DNA of 64,000 nucleotides from a virus, in IMG/VR virus record IMGVR_UViG_3300006903_000012; one strand, 5' to 3'. How positions within the stretch are numbered: position 1 is the stretch's first letter; each line of letters opens with the position of its first letter. The notes below the pieces were generated by a model. It searched no databases. It was not told the DNA's origin and saw nothing but the letters and a program-made list of their open reading frames with translations. This document shows positions 43,021 to 51,200 of this stretch, one piece after another. The position numbers were made by a program, and so were the translations under genes.

Positions 43021-43296
43021 AAGGATCACCGGATCCGTCGCCTTTGTCACCAACCCGCCATCCAACCCTTTGGATTTCAAAATATGCTCTGTCATAGACT
43101 TCACGAGCAACGGATCAGCTTCGAAACCCTGGGCATTCAAATTCTTCAAAACTTGTTTCGTAATTTCGTCAGCGCCGTATGGATCATTCAGATTCACACC
43201 AGCGCTTTTTGCAAACAGACGAGCCGCATCATTGGCCGACATACCAGCCACCGGCAACACTTGCGGCACCGTCAACATATTATCAAAAGCATCCAT
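43021..43296 (-). CDS. Major capsid protein, predicted exon 1 (MDAFDNMLTVPQVLPVAG...KATDPVIL)
   Basis: ATG at 43296 lies 20 nt after the scaffold stop. 92 codons run up to the U-G splice site, and the track ORF stop (43015) lies 2 codons into the intron. Confidence 0.6.
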
Positions 43297-43316
43297 GTTA
43301 CAAAAATTCCCTAAAC

Positions 43317-44888
43317 TTAATATCTGGGACCCGACACTGTCGATTGCGCTAATTCAGAAGCGCGAAATTTCTTGATCGGCACCTGATCGCCACTTAACGC
43401 TGGAAATGATAAATCACCAGCTTGTGGAGCTGATTGAGTCGGAGTATCTGGCCGAAGCATTCCCAACGACTTACGCTGGGGACCTTTTCGACTAGATACT
43501 GACTCAACTTCTTTTTCGGTCAAGGCTTTGATTAGCGTTTCTACTTTTGCTTCCAAACCAGCTGTCTGCGACTTGTATCGAGCTTCTACCTGCTCAACCG
43601 CATGTGTTACCGCGGCCTGCACCGTCGCAGTTAAATCTACCTGACTCGGTTCTGTCGTTTGGTTAATAAAATCAACTACTGCTGGCACGAACTCATTCAG
43701 AGACTTCTGCATAAGTTCGCGTTTTTCCAGCCGACTGTAATTACCACTATCTAATGTCTGCAAAAATGAGTCGGACCATTTTTGCAGAAATGCCTCAGCC
43801 GGAGATATGGTTGCGGACTTAACATCGGCATTTGCTTGCGTCCGAACCTTGACATCTGTATCGACTGGCGTTGTTGATTTCTTTTTTGCAGCCTTGACTG
43901 GAGTCGGTGGCTGCATCGCTTGCTTTTTCGCATCATCGGTCGGTTGTTTAGAAAACATTAGCCGACCTTCTTCTGCTTCATCTTCGGGTGTTTCAGCGGC
44001 GTCCACTTCCGGATCTTCCATTGCCTCTTCTTGCTGTTGGTCAATTTGCGGATGTTGATTGATCTGTTCTTCCGGAATAGGGGCTGGATTGCCACCTACT
44101 TTTTGCATCGGTTGGGGCGCTGGATTCATATCAGTTGCCGCTGCTTGACCTTCAGCGGTAATTCCACCGTCTGGAGTTGCAGCTAATGAATGAGCATAAT
44201 CCCGCACAGCACTAACCAAATTAGCAGCATGTGCCAAAAGTTCACCTTTATTTCCCATTCCCGGCGACGCTAGTGCTTTCTGCACTGATTCCAAGGCAAC
44301 TATCGCATCGGCCACTAATTCATCTTCAACATCTGATTTTCTATAAGAAACTTCAGGCGAGGCTTCAACTGACATATCATCCGAATTAGTTTCATCTTCA
44401 GACATCTCAACGTCTTCAGTCCCATCAACTTCAGAATGAGTATGTTGTTTCTTAGCCTTATGTTTCTCAACTTCATCATCTGGTGCTGACTCATGTCCTT
44501 CATCTACATCTTGCTCAGTTTCATCAGTCAACTCATCCGTCGGCTCGTCTTCAGCATCAATGACATCCGGATTCGGCTGCAATTCATCTAAATCTTCACC
44601 ACTATAGTTCTGAGTATCGGCCTGCATCTCTTCTGGCAACACACTCATTGTACCATTAGCTGTTGCTTTACCAACCATCTTGCCACATTCCGGACAATCA
44701 ACATCTTCACTGGAAAACGAAGTCTTGCAGTTCGGGCATTCTCGCATGTGCGACTTTATAACTAATTCTGTTTCCGTATTCGATTTTCCAACTCTCTTTG
44801 ATAAATCTTTCTGAACTAATTTCTGTGCCAGCACCGGATTATTCAAAACGGCCCTAGCGTCGTCTTGCTTTGTTTTAATTTGTCCCAT
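43317..44888 (-). CDS. Scaffolding-like protein (523 aa, acidic, N-terminal CxxC...CxxC ribbon, C-terminal coiled coil)
   Basis: It sits between the protease-containing ORF and the capsid gene. It has strongly Asp/Glu-rich low complexity and CPNCKT...CPECG. Confidence 0.55.
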   Translation of the reverse strand: MGQIKTKQDDARAVLNNPVLAQKLVQKDLSKRVGKSNTETELVIKSHMRECPNCKTSFSSEDVDCPECGKMVGKATANGTMSVLPEEMQADTQNYSGEDLDELQPNPDVIDAEDEPTDELTDETEQDVDEGHESAPDDEVEKHKAKKQHTHSEVDGTEDVEMSEDETNSDDMSVEASPEVSYRKSDVEDELVADAIVALESVQKALASPGMGNKGELLAHAANLVSAVRDYAHSLAATPDGGITAEGQAAATDMNPAPQPMQKVGGNPAPIPEEQINQHPQIDQQQEEAMEDPEVDAAETPEDEAEEGRLMFSKQPTDDAKKQAMQPPTPVKAAKKKSTTPVDTDVKVRTQANADVKSATISPAEAFLQKWSDSFLQTLDSGNYSRLEKRELMQKSLNEFVPAVVDFINQTTEPSQVDLTATVQAAVTHAVEQVEARYKSQTAGLEAKVETLIKALTEKEVESVSSRKGPQRKSLGMLRPDTPTQSAPQAGDLSFPALSGDQVPIKKFRASELAQSTVSGPRY

Positions 44889-44895
44889 CTAACAC

Positions 44896-47800
44896 CTAAG
44901 AAACTGACACTAGTGTTTCGGCCACAACCGGCACTCTGGTAAACGCAAAATGTTCGATCCAGCCCCTCAGAAAATCACGCTGATTACTGGACTTCTTAAT
45001 TACACCATCTGAATCGGGATAAAATCCCATTGAAATTCTAATACAATCTTCATGCGGAATTTTATTTTGAATGTCTGATTTGACTTCTTGATACAACTGC
45101 CGACCTAATGCTGTCGGAAAAAAGATACCCCGTGCTTTTGGTTGCCGACCGTCTATCCAAATGTCAGTTGCGATCCCAGCGCTCAATCGTTCAGTTCCAC
45201 ATTTAGGACATAGATAATCAGTTAACGATTTGAACTCATAACCGCAGTCACAATCATAGAGAGAATAATGCGCGACACTGGCAAACGGCGGCGGAACTGT
45301 TTTTGATTTGAACCGTCGAATGGCTTCTTCATAAAATGCTTTAGTAACTTTATCGCCTTCAATATCTCTATCGAATTTGGTGGTAGTGGCTTCCCACTCC
45401 ATCATCCCATCATCTTTTATGCGAGCTTTTGTAATTCGCCACTCAGTTCGGAAAACATCAGAACTAAAAGAGATGGGAACTAAAGTTTGTGACTTTTTAA
45501 CTTGTGCGTCTGAAAAATCATCTAAGATTTTATCTGCCAGTTTAGAGTTAAGGGCATAATAATTTTTCAAATGTTTTTTAGCTTCCGAAATACTATCTTT
45601 ATCTGAGCTATCTCGAGATAGATGTGACCAAACATCACCAACAATTGCAGTCCCATAACGATCAACAAGTTTCGAAAGCATCTTATTAGAAGCTACATCT
45701 GAGTTATATCTACGTCTGGCATTATTATTTGTTGATCCTGAAAGAGTTGGCGCAACCTTTTGAAAAGCATTCTGATTTCCGGTGCCCTCTCCAACTCCAA
45801 TAACATGCTCACCAGGCAAAGAATTACTATGACCATGTGTACTTTGGTCATGCTTGCCTGGGAGATGTTTCTGTTCACCACCACTCTTCTCTTCTGCATC
45901 TGCTCGCCAAGCATCTAAACATTCATACTCTTTTGGATTCTTATTCGGTTGGAATCCATCTCGTGCCTTCTCAAACGCATCGGCCGCTTGTGAATATTTA
46001 CCAGCGTGATAAGCATTCCACCCTTGCGCAATCCATTTACCTGAATAGTATTTGTAATATTCTGACCAGATAGCTTTCAAGCAGCTTTGATCGGCCTTGG
46101 AAATAAGCGACTTACCTACCTTATCCAAAAGAACATCTTGATAATCGGCAATTTGTTCGCCCAAATTCTCAATGCCTTGCGACAACCTAGTTCTGGCTGT
46201 GGGATCTTTTGTTGAAGACAGATCTTCTTTTGCTCGAGCACGCTGTTGTTGAGCTAAATCGATTCTAGAATGTAACTCGGAAGTAGATAACTTGTTAAGT
46301 ATCTTTTGGTCTCGCTGTCTTTCATCGGCAGTACGGTTTGATAGAACTTTTCTTGTTGTCGGAACCTTCGCCCCGCCTCCTACCTTCTTCTTCGCCGCTG
46401 CAATGCTAGTATCATTATCTTTGGCATATTGTCGAGCCGCCGCATCGCGCAGTTGAGCAGATGTATGCGCAACTTTCCCACTGGCGCCTTTGATGCCAGC
46501 ATGACTCGACTGGTCGTGTTGTCCAGGGAGATGTTTTTCTTCCAATATATGTCGACTTGCCGCTAAATATGCTTTTAGCGACTTAAAATCTGAACCTTTG
46601 CCACGACCATAAATATCAAGTCCTTTTGAACTATGATGCTCCCACTTGCCAGAATCAGCAATATATATAGAATGTTCCAACTGATTACGTCCGTTACCCG
46701 TAGTGGACTCATATAGATCTACACCTCGTATAGGCAACGGATTATATTTAAATCCGTGTTCACTTAGCATCTTAGTAAATTCAGGTGACCGCGGAGTTCT
46801 GGTTCGACCATGACTGCTTTGGTCATGTTTACCCGGCAAATGCTTCTGCTTACTCTCATGTATCTCATTATACTTCTTGTGAACCTCAGGAATTTTATGA
46901 TCTTCTGAACCATCGTCTGCCAGTTGACCGATCTCCCGCAACTCATCTTGATAAAGAAATCGGTGGTAACCTTTTGGAAGTAGTGACTTTGTTTCTTCAT
47001 CAGTCTCGAATTCAATATCATCCAATGCAGAAGTAGCTAATTCGATTACATTCCGCCAAGCATCCCGTTCAGCTGACGTATAGTTATAAATCTTCCTAGG
47101 TTTATCAAGCTCTCTCGACAAGGCAGAAACCGCGGAATTAATGTCATGCTGTGTCTCTGGAGTAAGGTCTTCGATCTCACTGGACTGTCGTAACTGTCTC
47201 AACAAGTCTCGACCAGCACCTCGTCCGGCCCTGGTTCCCGGTCCGAACTTTTTCAGATCAGACAGATGTGACTGACCATAACCAGCATGACTTTGTTGGT
47301 CATGTTTACCCGGCAAGTGTTTCTCAACTGCCGCCACAAACAAACTCTTCTGTAACAAATAATTCTGTCGCGCTTTTTCGACTTCATTATGCGGTTGATA
47401 CTCATGCCCGCATTTTGAGCATTTATGAGTTCCGCGTCCAATATGTGGATCTTCAACTGTACTACCGCATTTAGGACAAGCGGCAGTTGGGAAATGTTTC
47501 TCAGTCATTGATTTCTTGTATTGCTGATTCGAGAAGATATTATCACTTATAAATCGATCCACTTGTAAATTAGCATCATCAAAATCACCACGATCATAAT
47601 CTACACTTTTCCAATCGAAATTATCTCTGTCTCCATTAGAAACAAAAAACTCTGCTAATACAGTTCTGCCAGAATCGGGCAAAGCCGGTATAGTATCAGC
47701 AACATAATTCAACTTAACATCATTTGACATCTGATTTATCCAAACATCAGCTGCTTGTTTTTTTGATTTCGCACGTCCACTGCGTACTAAGTCTGATGTT

Positions 47801-48216
47801 ATTTGTGACTCAAAACTTTTAACAAGTTCCTTTGCTGCACTTGTCACATCGGCATCAGATGCTTTATATGGATCAGGTCTCTTTTGTCTCATCTTCCCGG
47901 CATGTGTTCCTTGATCGTGCTTGCCGGGAAAGTGCTTTTCCGATAACGATTTCTGATTCTGCTTAGCAACAAATGCTAACAATTCATCAGGATCAATTTC
48001 TATTTCTCCGCCACCGAAATTATGTGCGCCAAGATGCGCTTCTGGAATCGATTTCTCGTGCTTGAAATACTCGACTTCAGCCAGACGCTTTGTGGCCCAG
48101 TCTTTACTAGGTCCGCAACCTAGATTTCTTTTTCCGTCTTCACTAACCACACACCACTGATTGCCTTTTTTCTTAATCCGCTTTTCAACCAACTCGCTGA
48201 TTACAAAGTCGGCCAT
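44896..48216 (-). CDS. Modular 1106-aa polyprotein ending in an HK97-type (S78-like) prohead protease domain; five HDQ motifs
   Basis: The C-terminal ~200 aa match my recollection of prohead proteases (FDRDIEGDKVTKAFYEEAI...FASVAHYSL...IRISMGFYPDSDG...HFAFTRVPVVAE). The upstream modules are separated by five KH(F/L)PG(K/Q)HDQxxH(A/G) motifs. Confidence 0.6.
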   Translation of the reverse strand: MADFVISELVEKRIKKKGNQWCVVSEDGKRNLGCGPSKDWATKRLAEVEYFKHEKSIPEAHLGAHNFGGGEIEIDPDELLAFVAKQNQKSLSEKHFPGKHDQGTHAGKMRQKRPDPYKASDADVTSAAKELVKSFESQITSDLVRSGRAKSKKQAADVWINQMSNDVKLNYVADTIPALPDSGRTVLAEFFVSNGDRDNFDWKSVDYDRGDFDDANLQVDRFISDNIFSNQQYKKSMTEKHFPTAACPKCGSTVEDPHIGRGTHKCSKCGHEYQPHNEVEKARQNYLLQKSLFVAAVEKHLPGKHDQQSHAGYGQSHLSDLKKFGPGTRAGRGAGRDLLRQLRQSSEIEDLTPETQHDINSAVSALSRELDKPRKIYNYTSAERDAWRNVIELATSALDDIEFETDEETKSLLPKGYHRFLYQDELREIGQLADDGSEDHKIPEVHKKYNEIHESKQKHLPGKHDQSSHGRTRTPRSPEFTKMLSEHGFKYNPLPIRGVDLYESTTGNGRNQLEHSIYIADSGKWEHHSSKGLDIYGRGKGSDFKSLKAYLAASRHILEEKHLPGQHDQSSHAGIKGASGKVAHTSAQLRDAAARQYAKDNDTSIAAAKKKVGGGAKVPTTRKVLSNRTADERQRDQKILNKLSTSELHSRIDLAQQQRARAKEDLSSTKDPTARTRLSQGIENLGEQIADYQDVLLDKVGKSLISKADQSCLKAIWSEYYKYYSGKWIAQGWNAYHAGKYSQAADAFEKARDGFQPNKNPKEYECLDAWRADAEEKSGGEQKHLPGKHDQSTHGHSNSLPGEHVIGVGEGTGNQNAFQKVAPTLSGSTNNNARRRYNSDVASNKMLSKLVDRYGTAIVGDVWSHLSRDSSDKDSISEAKKHLKNYYALNSKLADKILDDFSDAQVKKSQTLVPISFSSDVFRTEWRITKARIKDDGMMEWEATTTKFDRDIEGDKVTKAFYEEAIRRFKSKTVPPPFASVAHYSLYDCDCGYEFKSLTDYLCPKCGTERLSAGIATDIWIDGRQPKARGIFFPTALGRQLYQEVKSDIQNKIPHEDCIRISMGFYPDSDGVIKKSSNQRDFLRGWIEHFAFTRVPVVAETLVSVS

Positions 48217-51200
48217 GTTTTGTCATCCTCAATTCGTCCTAAAATTTCATAATGTTGCCGACCTACTGGCCGAGCTTGAATTTTTTGCAGCCAATTTTCT
48301 AAGGCTTGATTTGAATTGAACGCCATCACATCTGTTATTTTTGTAACCGGATCGCCAGCGTTATCAACTTCTTCTTTGACACGCACCGTTCGTCCGTCTA
48401 TTTGTAAATTCTTCAGTCGCTTTAATTTCTCAAAATTTCCACGATTGAAGAAATTCAAATCCGGCGGGCGTCCATCATCTGGATCATGTACACCAGAATA
48501 ACCAGTGCCAGTATAGAACGCTTTCTGCTCTAGCTCAGAATATTTAGAATCATATTCATCCATCCACATTCTCAAAGACAGATGATTAATACTATTAACA
48601 TGAACACTTTGATCTGGTAAATCTACATCATCAAAATAAAAATAACCTTTGCCTTTAACAAGTTCTGTTTTCGTCCTGCCCGTAACCTTCAGTGCTCGAT
48701 TAACTTGAGCAACTGTTTTAGGAGTTTTACTGAAATCCATTCCTGATTCTTTTTCCAAATTTCCTGCATGAGTCTTCTGATCGTGTTTGCCAGCTTGGTG
48801 TTTAACTAAAATCTCATACCCATCTTTTTGTAACTGTCGCGCCGCTTGTTTCAACTCACCTTCAACAATAAGACTCTTAACAACTATTGGCAACTCATCA
48901 TCGAAATCATATTTCCCATTATTACTCTTTACGACTGATCGAACTAATGCCGGCATCTCAGGTTTGTAATATTCAAACCCATAATGCAGCACCATGTCTA
49001 AAAAGTCTTCATAGTAACGCTTCAAGTTCTCGTCATTGACCGATTGTAGATCTTCTGTCTTAGCCCGGTCTTTGATAAACTGCTCAAATTCTTTTCGATA
49101 TTGTCCGGGGATTTTTTCAGCATAGCTATCAAATCCCAAAAGTGATTTTTCAGTCTTGGAATTACCAAAAAGATAAAACTCTTTTTCATTTCCCAGATAC
49201 AACCACACCCCAAACACATCCCATGTTACTGCTAATTCTTTCTCAGCCCCCATTGAAGTTAACTGGTTATCTGAAACTGTTACATGGGGTTTATATCCGC
49301 CCGCTTCCCACGTTCGATCTGGTGCCTGCCCATTCGACAACAAACCCGCCACCAAATCATCATGTAGATGTTTTAGGGCGGGTGTGATTTTGACTTCTGC
49401 CACAGACACTTCTTGCAGGGTTATTATAGTGCCGGTCAGGTTGAGTGTCAAGGATTTTTGATCGTATTCAGAACACACTTTTTCGATAGTTTTTCTTATC
49501 GCCAGTGAGTCAAAATACCGATCCATTTTTCCTAAGTAAACTAGTGTGATATGTGGCTCAGACTTTTTGAAATCTAACAGGTTAACTATCTCATTCGGGA
49601 CCGATAGAGCAATCATACAGGTATCATCATGCTCAGCTTTTTCTTCAACTATCTTCGACCCTTTGATTCCCTTAGCTCCAAAAATCTTGGCTCGGCCCGC
49701 TCGGATATCATCTATCGGCAAATCACCTACATCCACCAAAGCCGCTTCAACATACTCATCGGCATCGGTGCCCCATACAATTCCTGCATAAGCATAATTG
49801 CCGCCGAGCACATCTATCTCACTGTCACTAATTACCGGCACCAGACTATATTGTTGTAGATAATGCTGCGCATCGGCTACACTATCAAACCGAGACCGCT
49901 TACCAATTTGATCGGGCTGACCCCATGAATTCATGGGAAGAGATTTTTCTTTAATGGTTGTGCGATATGTTTTGTCGCCTTCTGGATCCTTCCAATCTGA
50001 AACAACCTTAACCTTTGTATTGCCTGGAACACCGAAATACTCAAGTCCACTCAAAGCTGATTTTAGATTCTGATAGGCCCGATCTTCATTATTTCCAGCT
50101 CCCATCTGACCAAAGGCTGAACCGATCCACGGATCACCTCCCTCGGTATCTACTAGAACAAGCCGAACTGCTCGATTAAATGCCGCCTGTGATAACTCGG
50201 CACTATATGCAAGCTCATGGTGACTTGTATCATTCTCAATCTGGCGACCCGCATACCACTTTCCATCTACTTTAATTAATAAAAGATTGAGATGTTTCTT
50301 AATTTCAGACTTTGTCGGGTGCCAGAACTTGTCTCGTTGATAGCTCCCGGGACCAAGCTCTGAGTAATATGACACACTGGGTTTACTAAATTTGTGCTCA
50401 ACCGCAGGTTTACCAATATCTTCTGGCACAGGAGTAGAAGAAAGAGCGCCGGCATGCTTTTTCTGATTATGCTTTCCCGGTTGGTGTTTCTCAACTGCTT
50501 TCTTATTTTCAGCAATAATTCGTTGCGTCTCTTGTTCCAGAATTTCTTTCAGCTTCGCATTCGACTCATCACCGTTCCAATAATGTCCGCCATCTTTCAA
50601 AAAGTCTTCGAATTCTTTTGGGTTCGACTGCAAGTTGCAATGGCAAGTCATGGGATGCGCCGGTGGATGTTGTGTTGTCTCACCGTCGAACACCGTTTCA
50701 TACTCAAAGTCTAAAGGCACAAATCCTTGCTCTTCATTTTGAGTACAAATATCACACACATCGTACCCACGCGTGATCCAACCTTTAGTCTTCAATCCCA
50801 CTGCTGTCATTTGATCTAGAGTCGCCCGAGAATCAGCCCAATTCAATTCCGTATTTACAATTGAACGAATGCGCGACTCACTTAACTTACCAGCATCTTT
50901 CTTAAATTTCAAACCAAAAAGATTCGCCTGGATATAATCGACAATTTCTTCGCTGCTCAAACCATTATCATAACCAGTCAAAATATTTTGCCGAAGGAAA
51001 TATTTTGTTCCACTATCGACATGCTGAACTAATGTGGCTGCTCGTGCATCTAACAGATCAATCACCGACGGATTAGTCAGAATGAACTGAAATTCTTTTG
51101 GTAACGTCAGTCGATCAGCCAAACCCGCTTCAAACATTTGCTGCTGAATATCTTGAACAGCCGTCAGAGAGCCTTCAGAATATGCTTGCCGCAAAATATC

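Noticed and set aside
1485-50515. Minus-strand ORFs nested out of frame in longer ORFs (1485..1700, 12430..12651, 16065..16307, 18139..18363, 23977..24174, 25016..25210, 33031..33252, 34011..34301, 36959..37255, 43751..43936, 44315..44503, 45693..45914, 46764..47021, 47253..47456, 49022..49219, 50276..50515, 59703..59933)
   Set aside because: They are fully embedded in alternative frames of genes with recognisable domains. Their basic, repetitive translations are typical of frame-shifted reading of Glu/Lys-rich or AT-rich coding sequence.
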